Shown: positions 1 through 9,809 of the stretch, one piece after another
How the letters are laid out: each line of letters begins with the position of its first letter
Numbering within the stretch: the stretch's first letter is position 1
Notes under the pieces: model-generated
Database searches by the model: none
The model's input: the letters and a program-made list of their open reading frames with translations, nothing else
What the model was told of the DNA's origin: nothing
NCBI GenBank assembly: GCA_964403515.1
Contig: CAYOGL010000022.1
Coordinates: forward strand, 1,078-65,077
Source of the DNA: an uncultured Burkholderiales bacterium
Lineage (GTDB): Bacteria; Pseudomonadota; Gammaproteobacteria; Burkholderiales; Usitatibacteraceae
DNA: 64,000 nt
Reading direction: 5' to 3'
Position numbers and translations under genes: made by a program

Positions 1-3000
1 GATCAATCCACGACCGATCGCAATACTCCTGTTTCGGCGTTTCTCAACGGTTCCACCGCGGTGGCGGTGTCTGCTGGGGGCGCCCATACGTGCATCATCA
101 CGCCGGCCGGTGGTGTCCGCTGCTGGGGACGGAATAGCGAGGGCCAGCTTGGGGATGGCACTCTCGTCAGCAAGACCTCACCGGTCGATGTCGTGGGCCT
201 GGGCAGCGGCGTAGTTGCCATTGCATCTGCTTACTCCCACACGTGCGCATTGCTGGCAACTGGCAGCGTGAAATGTTGGGGATGGAACGGCGAAGGCGAG
301 CTCGGGAATGGCACGACGGTCTCGAGCCCGACGCCGGTTGATGTGTCCGGCCTTCCGGTGGTGGCCAGGATCGCCACCGGAGGCAACCATACGTGCGTCA
401 TCGCTTCGGATGCGACGGTAAGGTGCTGGGGCAGGAACACGGAGGGACAGCTTGGAGACGGTACGCGCACCAACCGCAGCGCGCCCGTCGCCATTGCGGG
501 CCTCGCCAATGTCGTCGCGATAGCGGGCGGCGGGTTTCACAGTTGCGCCGTCATCGTCGGAGGCGGCGTCCTTTGCTGGGGCGAGAACGATACGGGCAAG
601 ATCGGCGACGGCACCTATGCTTCCAAGACGATCCCCACGGTGGTGCTGACGGAGCGAGCCGCTCGCAATCTCGACGCGAACGACTGGTATCTCGATCTCG
701 ATCCCCTGAATGCGGCGACGATTCCCGCGACATTCCTCCCGAAGCTGATCGTGCAGTCGCAATTGTCCGGCCCGACGGCGAGCAGCTCTCTCGACGTTAC
801 CCTGAGCTATCGCGCGGCCGATTATGGACGAACGTTCAACCACTACGTCTTGGGACTCGTTCCACCTTCGTTCTTCAACCTCGTCAAAGCGGCGCCCGGC
901 ACTCCTCCCGTCGCGAAGATCGAAGCGAGCCTCAAGGCGGGCGAATCGCTGGTGCCCGTCCAGCTCATCCCGGGTGGATGGGCTTTGGTCGGAGGCACAC
1001 TCATCCCGTTGCTGCAGCAAACCGCAAGCTCGATCGGCGCGGGAATCGATGTGTTCCAAAACGTCGCGTTGCCCCAGATTCCCAGGGCCAGATTCTGCAT
1101 CGGGTACGGAGAATCAGTCGACGGAATGCTCGCTTCGCAACTGCTGAGTGAAGTCCTCTCATTGCCGGGCGCGACTGGGGCCAAGGCCGGGGCGCCTTGC
1201 GTGTTGTTCGGCGTCTATCTGGACGGGCCACCCGCCTCGCTTCTCGGCACCCCCGTGACCTTCAAGGCATCCGTAGTGGGTCTTGGTCCCACCGGTACGG
1301 TGCAGTTCAGCGACGGAGCGAGCGCGCTGCTCGCGCCGATCACGCTTGTCAAATCGAATGATCTGCTGAGCACGGCATCCATCACGACATCGAAGCTGAC
1401 GCTCGGGACGCACAGCATCGGCGCCAAGTATTCGGGGGACTTCATAAACAACTGGGGTCCAACCGTCGAGGTCATCCCACTCATTCACGAGGTCGAAACC
1501 GCGCCGACAGGCTCGAGTGTCGATCTCGCAGGTCCTGCGAGCTCGCGGCTCGGAAGCACGGTGTCATTCACGGCCACCGTCGTCGGCAACAACCCGACGG
1601 GCACGGTGCAGTTCAGCGACGATGGGACGACCCTCGGTGCGCCGCAACCGGTCGTCGACGGCGTTGCCACGCTGCGGACGGCGGGGCTCGGGACCGGATC
1701 CCATAGCATCGTCGCCGCATACTCCGGCGACAATCAGAACACGGCGAGCACTTCGTCCGCGCTGTCGCATACGGTCTACGCCGCAGTCTCTACGAAGGTC
1801 GGACTGAGCTCGACTCCGAACCCGTCGCTCGCCGGAGCGGGCGTGGCACTCACCGCAACCGTGTCGGGAGTCGTGCCGAGCGGTAGCGTGACGTTTCGCG
1901 AGGGGTCATCCGTGATCGGCACCGCGGCACTCAGCAATGGCACAGCCAGCTTGACGTGGACCTTTGGCAACGCGGGCCTGCACCTCATTACCGCCGAGTA
2001 CTCGGGTGACAATTCAGGGAACCTGCCCGCGACGAGCGCCGCGCTTGCACAGCAGGTGGTCGAAGCTGCGGCTCCCGCGACTTCCTCCACGAGCCTTACG
2101 TCGTCCAACAATCCTTCGAGCCTGACGCAGCCAGTGACTTTCACCGCGACCGTCACGGGTGCCGCGGGCATTGCCACCGGCATCATGGCCTTTGTCGACG
2201 GAGCAGGCGTCATTCCAGGTTGCCAGGCAGTTCCTCTTTCTGCAGGAACGGCCGTATGCACGACGGACGCCCTGTCGCAGGGAAGCCACTCGATCGTGGC
2301 GGTCTACTCGGGAAGCACGAGCTACGCGGGCGGGCCCTCGGATCTCCTGGCCCAGGACGTGAATGCAGGCTTCCAGTTGCTCACGCCGACGCCCTCGTCC
2401 CTCGACTTCGGCGGACAGTCGATCAGCACCACATCACCTCCGCTCACCGCAACCATCGCCAACACGTCACCCGCGAGCGTGGCAATTCTTGGCGTGTTCG
2501 TAGGACCCGGGTTTGCGCTGGCCTCCAACAACTGTTCCACGCTGGCTCCCGCCGCAACGTGCCAGGTTGCCCTGACGTTCACGCCGACTGCAGACGGGGC
2601 CATCGGTACTTTCCTGGGATTGAACTACGCCAACGGCGGCCCGACGGCGATCAAACTGGCCGGCACCGGCGAGCGCTCTCTCGTGACGCACTACTATCGC
2701 TCGATCCTTCGCCGCGCCCCCGACGACCCGGGCAAGGCCTTCTGGACGAGCGAAGCGGCGCGCATGCAGTCGCTCGGCGCGAACGTGAACGAGACCTGGT
2801 ATGCCATGTCGATGTCGTTCTACACCAGCGCGGAGTACGCCGGGTTCGCTCGCAGCGATTCGGACTTCGTCACCGATCTCTACGACACGTTCTTCAACCG
2901 GCCGCCCGATGGCGCAGGCCTCGCGTTCTGGGTCGGGCAACTGGGCTCCGGGCTGCCGCGCGAGGTGATGCTCGCGTCGTTCATGTTCTCGGGCGAGTTC

Positions 3001-3426
3001 ACGACTTTCACGCAGAACATATTCGGCAATACCGCCGCACGGGCGGAAATCAACGCGGTCGTCGACTTCTATCGCGGCGTGCTCGGCCGCCTGCCCGACG
3101 ATTCGGGATTCACGTTCTGGGTCGGGCAGTTCCGCGCCGCCCAATGCCAGGGCGCCGGCGCGGTGACGGCGCAGGCCGACGCGATCTCGAGCGCGTTCGT
3201 CAACGGCGGCGAATACGCGGGACGCAATCGCACGAACGCCCAGTACGTGGGGGACCTCTACAACGCGTTCCTGCGCCGCGGCGGCGACCTCGCAGGGGTC
3301 CGGTACTGGATCGGCCAGCTGGATTCGGGCGCGCAGACGCGAGAGCAATTGCGCCAGGCGTTCATAGCGAGCCCCGAGTTCAGCGCGAGCGTCAATGCGG
3401 TGGTCGCTCAAGGATGTCTGCAATAG
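1..3426 (+). CDS. Large surface/secreted protein, 5'-truncated: RCC1/BLIP-II-like repeats, unnamed beta domain, several bacterial Ig-like domains, ASH-like Ig domain, C-terminal DUF4214-like repeats
   Basis: Frame is open from base 1 (DQSTTDRNTPV...), so the true start lies upstream. Repeated xxGxxHTC...G.V.CWG.N..GQLG.G motifs; Ig repeats (VTFTATV...PTGTVQF.DG...LG.HSI.A.YSGD); terminal THYY..IL.R.PD..G..FW / DLYNAFLRR.GD..G..YW units. Confidence 0.88.
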   Translation, partial: DQSTTDRNTPVSAFLNGSTAVAVSAGGAHTCIITPAGGVRCWGRNSEGQLGDGTLVSKTSPVDVVGLGSGVVAIASAYSHTCALLATGSVKCWGWNGEGELGNGTTVSSPTPVDVSGLPVVARIATGGNHTCVIASDATVRCWGRNTEGQLGDGTRTNRSAPVAIAGLANVVAIAGGGFHSCAVIVGGGVLCWGENDTGKIGDGTYASKTIPTVVLTERAARNLDANDWYLDLDPLNAATIPATFLPKLIVQSQLSGPTASSSLDVTLSYRAADYGRTFNHYVLGLVPPSFFNLVKAAPGTPPVAKIEASLKAGESLVPVQLIPGGWALVGGTLIPLLQQTASSIGAGIDVFQNVALPQIPRARFCIGYGESVDGMLASQLLSEVLSLPGATGAKAGAPCVLFGVYLDGPPASLLGTPVTFKASVVGLGPTGTVQFSDGASALLAPITLVKSNDLLSTASITTSKLTLGTHSIGAKYSGDFINNWGPTVEVIPLIHEVETAPTGSSVDLAGPASSRLGSTVSFTATVVGNNPTGTVQFSDDGTTLGAPQPVVDGVATLRTAGLGTGSHSIVAAYSGDNQNTASTSSALSHTVYAAVSTKVGLSSTPNPSLAGAGVALTATVSGVVPSGSVTFREGSSVIGTAALSNGTASLTWTFGNAGLHLITAEYSGDNSGNLPATSAALAQQVVEAAAPATSSTSLTSSNNPSSLTQPVTFTATVTGAAGIATGIMAFVDGAGVIPGCQAVPLSAGTAVCTTDALSQGSHSIVAVYSGSTSYAGGPSDLLAQDVNAGFQLLTPTPSSLDFGGQSISTTSPPLTATIANTSPASVAILGVFVGPGFALASNNCSTLAPAATCQVALTFTPTADGAIGTFLGLNYANGGPTAIKLAGTGERSLVTHYYRSILRRAPDDPGKAFWTSEAARMQSLGANVNETWYAMSMSFYTSAEYAGFARSDSDFVTDLYDTFFNRPPDGAGLAFWVGQLGSGLPREVMLASFMFSGEFTTFTQNIFGNTAARAEINAVVDFYRGVLGRLPDDSGFTFWVGQFRAAQCQGAGAVTAQADAISSAFVNGGEYAGRNRTNAQYVGDLYNAFLRRGGDLAGVRYWIGQLDSGAQTREQLRQAFIASPEFSASVNAVVAQGCLQ

Positions 3427-3462
3427 CGGCTCGAGCGGCATGGACATTGCACCGGCAGATCC

Positions 3463-3849
3463 ATGCCGCACCCCATGCACCTCACCTTCTCCGATGCGGA
3501 AGGAAATACTCTCGTGAAGGGTCCCTACGAGAGATTTTTCCTCGAGGGCGAAACGTTGCGCGCGCAGAGTGGCGGCCCGCCGGTCGCGGTGCACGAGGAC
3601 CACTTCTGGCAGGTCGAAGGCAAGCGCTTCGGACGGTTCGATTGCGACTGCCACATCCGGATTCGGGTGACTCGCGTGGACGGCAAGCGCACCCGGTGCT
3701 ATGGACCCTACGCCAGCTTTTCAGCGCGCGACGGCATCGCCTTCGCGGACCACGAGGTGTTCGCGTTCGCGGATCGCTCGATCGGCGACTGGTACTGCCA
3801 TGCAGACGGCTTGCACTGGGCGACGCTGATCGTCGAATCGATCCATTGA
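3463..3849 (+). CDS. Hypothetical protein (128 aa) with an apparent internal duplication
   Basis: Compact ORF after the surface-protein stop; balanced composition; GPYxxF...[ED]G...W motif twice. Confidence 0.6.
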   Translation: MPHPMHLTFSDAEGNTLVKGPYERFFLEGETLRAQSGGPPVAVHEDHFWQVEGKRFGRFDCDCHIRIRVTRVDGKRTRCYGPYASFSARDGIAFADHEVFAFADRSIGDWYCHADGLHWATLIVESIH

Positions 3850-3972
3850 CGCGAATTCTTGCCGCCCATCCGGCTCGTGGATACAAGGAAGCCTAATGGC
3901 CGTGATGGTGGAGATGGAGCGCAGCCGCGTTCGCCGAGTGGTGCGGGGGCAGTTGATGCGCGGAGCAGCGAG

Positions 3973-4257
3973 CTACTGGAGCCTCATGTGCACGGCCCCC
4001 ACTTGATGTCCGAATCGCTCCAGCTCGTCCTTGAGGTCGGCGGCAAGACGCTCGGCGAGCGCCTTCGCCTCCTGTGCGCTCTTCGCCTTGCCGGTGCGAT
4101 TCTGGAATGTGGCCGCGCCACCTCCGGGCTCCGCGGGAAAGCCGGAAACGATGATCAGATGATCGCCGGCATCGGTCGGCTTGAGGATGCTCGCGTAGAT
4201 GTCGATGACCACGACCCGACCTCTGGGGGATATTGCGGGACTTGGGAAACGCCCCAC
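3973..4257 (-). CDS. Small hypothetical protein (true start probably downstream of the ORF-track start)
   Basis: Beta-beta-alpha-like sequence VVVIDIYASIL...HLIIVSGF...AQEAKALAERLAADLKDEL; alternative frames are R/P/G-rich shadows. Confidence 0.5.
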   Translation of the reverse strand: MGRFPSPAISPRGRVVVIDIYASILKPTDAGDHLIIVSGFPAEPGGGAATFQNRTGKAKSAQEAKALAERLAADLKDELERFGHQVGAVHMRLQ

Positions 4258-4373
4258 CGGCGTTCAGGCGAGTGCGTTTGGCATGCAGATGCGGATCGGT
4301 GGAGCGTACCGATGCACCGCCGCGCTTTCTGCAAACGATTGTCTCCGCGAGGGGCGGCTGATACAGCGCCGGG

Positions 4374-4688
4374 CTAGGCCCGCCGCAAGTCGACATCATC
4401 GTCCTTCCGGGCCCGAAGGCCCGCGAGCCGGTTGGCGGCCTTCGCGAAGAAGAACGCCATGCCGGCGATCAGGGGCCCGCATTCGTCGTCCTTGCCGAAC
4501 TGGCACCGGACGACGTCGAATGCGTACGAGGTGAGATCCGACGCCCTGGCGAGCTTGCGAGGACGGCAAGCGGACGGAAGCTGGTCGACCTCGAAGGAAT
4601 CGATGGCCGCGAGGAAGTCCTGCGCGACGGCGAGCACTTCGGTTTCCGTGTTCGCCTCATCGAGGCGATCGGCCCAGGTTCGGTGCAT
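4374..4688 (-). CDS. Small all-helical hypothetical protein, paralog of 53590-53946 and 53211-53519
   Basis: W.xRL.E..T..EV.AV...FLA..D..EV.QLP...RP shared with the 53.6 kb ORF. Confidence 0.8.
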   Translation of the reverse strand: MHRTWADRLDEANTETEVLAVAQDFLAAIDSFEVDQLPSACRPRKLARASDLTSYAFDVVRCQFGKDDECGPLIAGMAFFFAKAANRLAGLRARKDDDVDLRRA

Positions 4689-4897
4689 TGGTCTTCCTTC
4701 GGTGGGGCTGCGGATTGTCCCGGGGGACAAACGGTGCACACCCGAATTCGACGCAATTGCAGGAGCAACGGTCCTCGTCTGCCGGTCTTAGGCTACGCCC
4801 GCCCCGCTCCAGGCGGCAAGTCCTCGACTTCCCGCGGACTCTTCACCGGCTCGCGTTTTCCCCGCGGCTCGGCTATCACACCTGGGCCTCCTGGATG

Positions 4898-4944
4898 TTG
4901 ACAAGGATCAAAAGTAGCGCCATTGTCCAATCATTCGAATGATT
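4898..4944 (+). promoter_or_regulatory. Putative sigma70 promoter with overlapping 16-bp palindromic operator upstream of pfpI-msm
   Basis: TTGACA at 4898-4903, 17-bp spacer, weak -10 CATTGT at 4921-4926; perfect palindrome AATCATTCGAATGATT at 4929-4944. Confidence 0.6.
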
Positions 4945-4970
4945 CACCGTAGGGCCGGAAACTATTACTC

Positions 4971-5519
4971 ATGGGGGTCTCGATGGACTTGAGCGGGCGC
5001 CAGGCGGCAATCCTTGTGGAAAACCTTTACCAGGAAATGGAGGTCTGGGTGCCCTATTTCCGGCTGCGGGAAGCGGGCGCGAAAGTCACGCTCGTGGGCC
5101 CGAAGGCCGAGACCTACAAGTCGAAGCTCGGCTACCCGGCGGCGGCCGAGATCGGCGCGGACGAGGCAGCTGGCCAACGCTTCGATGCGCTCGTCATCCC
5201 CGGCGGCTATGCCCCCGATCTCCTGAGGACGAATGAACGCCTGGTGCAGATGGTGCGCTCGCACGTGCAATCCGGTGCGGTCGTCGCGGCCATTTGCCAC
5301 GGCACCTGGATGCTCGCCTCCGCCGATGTCCTGCGCGGCCGGCGGGCGACGGGCGCGACCCAGATCCGCGACGACGTACGGAACGCGGGAGCGACCTGGG
5401 TGGACCAGGCATCGGTGCGTGACGGCAATGTCATCACGTCGCGCAAGCCGGACGACCTTCCGGCGTTCTGCGCAGCCATCGTCGCTGCGTTGTCCGAAAA
5501 AGTCGCGGTTCCGGCCTGA
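4971..5519 (+). CDS. DJ-1/PfpI family (type 1 glutamine amidotransferase-like) protein
   Basis: LYQEME, FDALVIPGG, AICHG nucleophile elbow, ITSRKPDDLPAF. Confidence 0.93.
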   Translation: MGVSMDLSGRQAAILVENLYQEMEVWVPYFRLREAGAKVTLVGPKAETYKSKLGYPAAAEIGADEAAGQRFDALVIPGGYAPDLLRTNERLVQMVRSHVQSGAVVAAICHGTWMLASADVLRGRRATGATQIRDDVRNAGATWVDQASVRDGNVITSRKPDDLPAFCAAIVAALSEKVAVPA

Positions 5520-5544
5520 TGCCGGACGTGCGCCTGGAGGAAGC

Positions 5545-6828
5545 ATGAGCAGCGTATTGACCGACAAGCAGGCGGCGCCCGCCGACGGCGAAAGAGCCGC
5601 GACCTCGCGGACTCTCGAGCAGTGGACGCGCCGGCCGAATCTGCCGGACACCCACTACGTCGACACACTCGCGTACACCGATCCCGGGATCTTCGAGGAA
5701 GAGATCGACCGGATATTCCATCGCGTGTGGTTGCCGGTTTGCCACGAGAGCGAGCTGCCAGCGCCGTATGACTACCGCACGGCGGGCATTGCGGGTCGCA
5801 AGCCGATCGTCGTCGTCCGCGGCGCCGATGACCGGATCCGCACCTTCCTGAACGTCTGCCCCCATCGCGGCAACACCATCGTCCGCTCGCCTGCGGGGTC
5901 GCTGCTCAAGGCCGAACCGTCCGGGAACCCGAAGAACATGACGTGCATGTTCCACGGGTGGCAGTTCGACACGCAAGGCCGGTGCGTCGAGATTCCGCGC
6001 GAGCGCGCAGGCTATCAGGATCGACTTTGCAAGGCCGACGTGGGCCTGCGGGAACTGCGCACGGAAGTGGCGTATGGCGGCTTCGTCTGGGTGAACCTGG
6101 ACGAACGCTGCGAGCCGCTGGCCGATTACATCGCCGGAGCTTTCGACTTCCTGAAGACCGAGCTCGACTCGGAGCCGCTCGAGATCTTCCACTACCAGAA
6201 GGCGATCATCAGGACCAACTACAAGCTCTGGCACGAAACGAGCCGCGAGTTCTATCACGACTATCTGCACTATCACAACCGCGCGACGGGCATGCTGCAG
6301 AAGGGCTACTTCGATCGCAAATACCGGGTGTTCCCGAATGGTCATGCGGCGACGGGCCTGACCACCATCACCTACGACGCCTACGAAGGGAACAAGGACC
6401 GCGGGCTCACGTTCCCCGGCATGCCGAAGAACGGCTGGAAGCAGGTCAACATCTTTCCCGCCGCCACGTTCAGCCTGCGCGCCTCGTGCCTGCGGTTGAG
6501 CGTGATGACGCCGATCAGCGAGCGCGAAACGCTGATCGAGATCCGCGGGCTCGGCCTCAAGCGCGACACGCCATCCGAGCGTGAAGAGCGCATCGCCGAC
6601 CACGACACGATCTGGGGGCCCTTCGGGCGCAACCTGCACGAGGACCTCCTCGCCGTGCAGAACCAATCCATCGCCATGCGGACCGGCTCCGGAAGCAAGT
6701 ACGTGCTGATGGCGCGCGAGGAAAACGAAACGATCCACGACGAGATCGGCTTGCGCTCGTACTTCGCCGAGTGGTCGCGACGCATCGGCCGCAAGGCGAG
6801 CGATCCCCGGGGGGGCGGCGAGCGATGA
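5545..6828 (+). CDS. msmA: Methanesulfonate monooxygenase hydroxylase alpha subunit (Rieske oxygenase)
   Basis: Rieske motif CPH-X26-CMFH (spacer counted), the long spacer typical of MsmA; mononuclear Fe ligands EFYHDYLH and HEDL; GGAGG RBS before ATG 5545. Confidence 0.88.
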   Translation: MSSVLTDKQAAPADGERAATSRTLEQWTRRPNLPDTHYVDTLAYTDPGIFEEEIDRIFHRVWLPVCHESELPAPYDYRTAGIAGRKPIVVVRGADDRIRTFLNVCPHRGNTIVRSPAGSLLKAEPSGNPKNMTCMFHGWQFDTQGRCVEIPRERAGYQDRLCKADVGLRELRTEVAYGGFVWVNLDERCEPLADYIAGAFDFLKTELDSEPLEIFHYQKAIIRTNYKLWHETSREFYHDYLHYHNRATGMLQKGYFDRKYRVFPNGHAATGLTTITYDAYEGNKDRGLTFPGMPKNGWKQVNIFPAATFSLRASCLRLSVMTPISERETLIEIRGLGLKRDTPSEREERIADHDTIWGPFGRNLHEDLLAVQNQSIAMRTGSGSKYVLMAREENETIHDEIGLRSYFAEWSRRIGRKASDPRGGGER

Positions 6829-7361
6829 ACATCATGACGAACGACACCGCCTTGGCGCGCCGCGACGTCGGATACGAGACCCGGGACCGCGTGGCCGAGC
6901 TGATTTACGAAACGTGCATGGCGATGAACGCCGAGAAGTGGCACGAATTCCTGGCGGCTTGCGATCCAGGGGCGTTCCGCTACCGCATCATCAACTACAG
7001 CCCGGAAATCCGGCGCGAGCAGTGCTGGATGGATCGCGACTTCAAGGCACTGAAGAGCTTGCTCGACTTGCTGCCGCGGCACAACTCGGACCACTCGCCG
7101 TTGACCCGTCATGCCACGGTCTACAAGGTCGTCACGGGCCAGGTCCCGGACGAGCTATGCGCCACGACCCAGGTCGCCATCTACCGCACGCAGCTCGATG
7201 GAATGAACTCGCATTTCGACTCGGGGCGCACGGAGCTCTTCGCGATCGGCAGGTATGAGGACCGCATCCGCCTCGCCGAAGATGGCGGGCCCCGGCTCCT
7301 TGCACGCACCGTTGTCCTGGACACGCGCCAGATCGACATCGGCTCGCACGTTCCGCTCTGA
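6825..7361 (+). CDS. msmB: Methanesulfonate monooxygenase beta subunit
   Basis: ATGA overlap with msmA; ring-hydroxylase beta-subunit-like (NYSPEIR.EQ.W, GRYEDRI, LDTR..DIGSH.PL). Confidence 0.85.
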   Translation: MNIMTNDTALARRDVGYETRDRVAELIYETCMAMNAEKWHEFLAACDPGAFRYRIINYSPEIRREQCWMDRDFKALKSLLDLLPRHNSDHSPLTRHATVYKVVTGQVPDELCATTQVAIYRTQLDGMNSHFDSGRTELFAIGRYEDRIRLAEDGGPRLLARTVVLDTRQIDIGSHVPL

Positions 7362-7373
7362 GGGCCGCCGCCG

Positions 7374-7748
7374 ATGGCTTGGGAAAGATTGTGCAGGCTC
7401 GATGAGCTGGCTCCGGGCGATATGCGGCCGTTGTCGGCGCGCAACGTTCGCGTGGTACTCCTTCGCGGGGAGCAGGGATTCATGGTGATCCCGCCCTCCT
7501 GCCCGCACATGGCCAATGAGCTCGCCGAAGGGTTCTTCGACGGCTGCGTGCTCACGTGCAACAAGCATCTGTGGCAGTGGTCGGTGCCCGATGGATCACC
7601 CGTCGGCGAGGCGGAAGCGCCGCTCCTCGCATACGAGAGCGAGCTGCGCGATGGCGAAGTGTGGGTGAACGTCGAGCGCGAGCTCGCGTACGACCATGAG
7701 AAGTGCGCGTCGGTCGAGACCTGCCATGCCCCGGATTCGCCTCCATAG
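7374..7748 (+). CDS. msmC: Rieske ferredoxin
   Basis: CPH...LTCNKHLWQW Rieske motif; operon position. Confidence 0.85.
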   Translation: MAWERLCRLDELAPGDMRPLSARNVRVVLLRGEQGFMVIPPSCPHMANELAEGFFDGCVLTCNKHLWQWSVPDGSPVGEAEAPLLAYESELRDGEVWVNVERELAYDHEKCASVETCHAPDSPP

Positions 7749-8769
7749 CGCTGCAGCCTCGTGCTCGTTCGATTGCGGCGTGGACGAGCGCATCCTGCAT
7801 GCCGGGCTGGCCGCCGGCTTCGCTCTTCCGTACGAGTGCGCGAGCGGGACGTGCGGAAAATGCCGTGCGACCCTCGACGAAGGTGGCGTGCGCGACTTGT
7901 GGCCCGAAGCGCCCGGCCGCGAGAGCCTCGCCTCTTCCGGACGCCAACTCCTGATGTGCCAATCCGCGCCCACGGGCGATGTCGCCCTCGAGGTCGCGCG
8001 ATTGAACGCGACGAGCGAAGCGCGCCCGCGCCCCTGCCTCCGACGTGCCCTGCTCTCGTCGAGACGCATCCTGGCGGCGGATCTGACCGAGATCACGCTC
8101 GGCATCGATCAGCCACTCTCGTTCCTCGCCGGGCAATTCGTGCTGCTCGAAGTGCCGGGCGTGCAGGGCCCGCGCGCGTATTCGATGGTCAACTACGAGC
8201 CGTCGGCCCGTGAGCTCAGGCTGATCGTGCGCCACAAGCCGGGTGGCGGATTTTCCGAATGGTTGACGAGCGCCGCCCACGTCGGCGAGCCGCTCACGGT
8301 CTTCGGCCCTCTCGGCAATGCGTGCTTCGAGCCGGAGACCGCCAGCGACGTCGTGTGCATCGCAGGAGGCTCGGGCGTGGCAGGCATGCTGTCGATCATG
8401 CGAAGCGCCCTCTTCCATCGCCACCTCGAGCGGCATCGGGTCGACGTGTTCTTCGGGGTGCGAACCCCCAGGCACCTCTTCTATGCGGACGAGCTGGCGA
8501 AACTGAGCAGGATTGCAGGCCCGAACCTATGCGTGACCGTCGCGTTTTCGGATGAAGGTGGCGACGACGGCGTGGCTGGAACATATCCGGAGCTCGACTT
8601 CGAGCGTGGGCTCGTGCACGAGGTCGCGATTCTCCGCAAGAAGGATGAGCTGCGGCACGCCATGGCCTTCCTTGCCGGCCCGCCCGTCGCCGTCGACGCC
8701 GGCATTCGCAGCCTCGTGACCGTGGCACGCATGCCGCTTTCGAGGATCCGGTTCGACAAGTACTCGTAG
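7726..8769 (+). CDS. msmD: 2Fe-2S/FAD/NAD(P)H reductase of the monooxygenase
   Basis: YECASGTCGKC plant-type 2Fe-2S; RAYSM FAD motif; CIAGGSG NAD motif. Confidence 0.85.
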   Translation: MPRIRLHSAAASCSFDCGVDERILHAGLAAGFALPYECASGTCGKCRATLDEGGVRDLWPEAPGRESLASSGRQLLMCQSAPTGDVALEVARLNATSEARPRPCLRRALLSSRRILAADLTEITLGIDQPLSFLAGQFVLLEVPGVQGPRAYSMVNYEPSARELRLIVRHKPGGGFSEWLTSAAHVGEPLTVFGPLGNACFEPETASDVVCIAGGSGVAGMLSIMRSALFHRHLERHRVDVFFGVRTPRHLFYADELAKLSRIAGPNLCVTVAFSDEGGDDGVAGTYPELDFERGLVHEVAILRKKDELRHAMAFLAGPPVAVDAGIRSLVTVARMPLSRIRFDKYS

Positions 8770-8810
8770 CGATTCGCGCAGTTGCTCCCGTCACGCGTAA
8801 AGGAGGAGAC

Positions 8811-9776
8811 GTGAAGACATTGAGTTCATTCGCGGCGCTGGCGGTGGCAGCGCTGTTCTCCGCCGCCGTCATGGCCCAGCAATGGCCGCAGAAGGCCGTT
8901 CATTTCATCGTCCCTTTCGCGGCGGGCGGCGCAACGGATCTCGCCGCGCGAGTCCTGGGCGAGAAGCTCAGCAAGGTGTGGAACCAGCCCGTCGTGGTCG
9001 AGAACCGGCCCGGAGCGGGCGGTGCGATCGCGGCGACGGAGGCCGCGAGGGCGAGCCCCGACGGCTACACGCTCTTCTTTCCATCGGGCTCGGTGCTTAC
9101 GGCGAACCAGCACATCTATGCGAAACTCGCCTACGATCCGGACAAGGACTTCACTCCCGTGACGAAAGTCGTTTCGAGCCCGCAAGTGCTCGTCGTCCGG
9201 GCCGATTCGCCGTTCAAGACCGTCGGCGATCTGATCGCCGCCGCTCGCAAGCATCCCGGCAAATACACTTACGGGAACGCGGGCATCGGATCGCAGACGA
9301 ACCTCGCCGGCGAAGGCTTCGCGGCTGCGGCCAAGATCGACGTCGTGTCCGTTCCGTACAAGGGCGACCCTCCGGCGCTGAACGATCTGCTCGGCGGCAA
9401 CCTCAGCTACTGCGTTACAACGCTGTCTTCGGCCATTCCGCACGTGAAGGCGGGCCGTCTTCGAGCGTTGGGAGTCACCAGCGCGTCTTCCGTTCCACAG
9501 CTGCCGGACGTGCCACCCATCGGCGCCACCGTGCCCGGGTTCAGCAATCTCGGCTGGTTCGGCATCGTGGCTCCTGCCGGCACTCCGAAGGACATCATCG
9601 AGAAGGTCTATCGCGACACGAAGCAAGCGCTGGACGACCCGGCTTTCGGCGCGCGATTCGCCGCGTTGGGCCTTGCTCCGGTCGGCGACTCGCCGGACGA
9701 AATGGCGCAAGCGATGCTCGTCGAAAGCGACAATTACGCGAAGCTGGTCAAGGCGCGGCATCTGATGATCCACTGA
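8811..9776 (+). CDS. Bug/TctC tripartite tricarboxylate transporter substrate-binding protein
   Basis: Signal peptide; IVPFAAGGATD, VVVENRPGAGG, VPYKG, WFGIVAPAGTP. Confidence 0.93.
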   Translation: MKTLSSFAALAVAALFSAAVMAQQWPQKAVHFIVPFAAGGATDLAARVLGEKLSKVWNQPVVVENRPGAGGAIAATEAARASPDGYTLFFPSGSVLTANQHIYAKLAYDPDKDFTPVTKVVSSPQVLVVRADSPFKTVGDLIAAARKHPGKYTYGNAGIGSQTNLAGEGFAAAAKIDVVSVPYKGDPPALNDLLGGNLSYCVTTLSSAIPHVKAGRLRALGVTSASSVPQLPDVPPIGATVPGFSNLGWFGIVAPAGTPKDIIEKVYRDTKQALDDPAFGARFAALGLAPVGDSPDEMAQAMLVESDNYAKLVKARHLMIH

Positions 9777-9809
9777 GAAGCTTCCACCGGAATCGCCGCG
9801 AACCACCCC

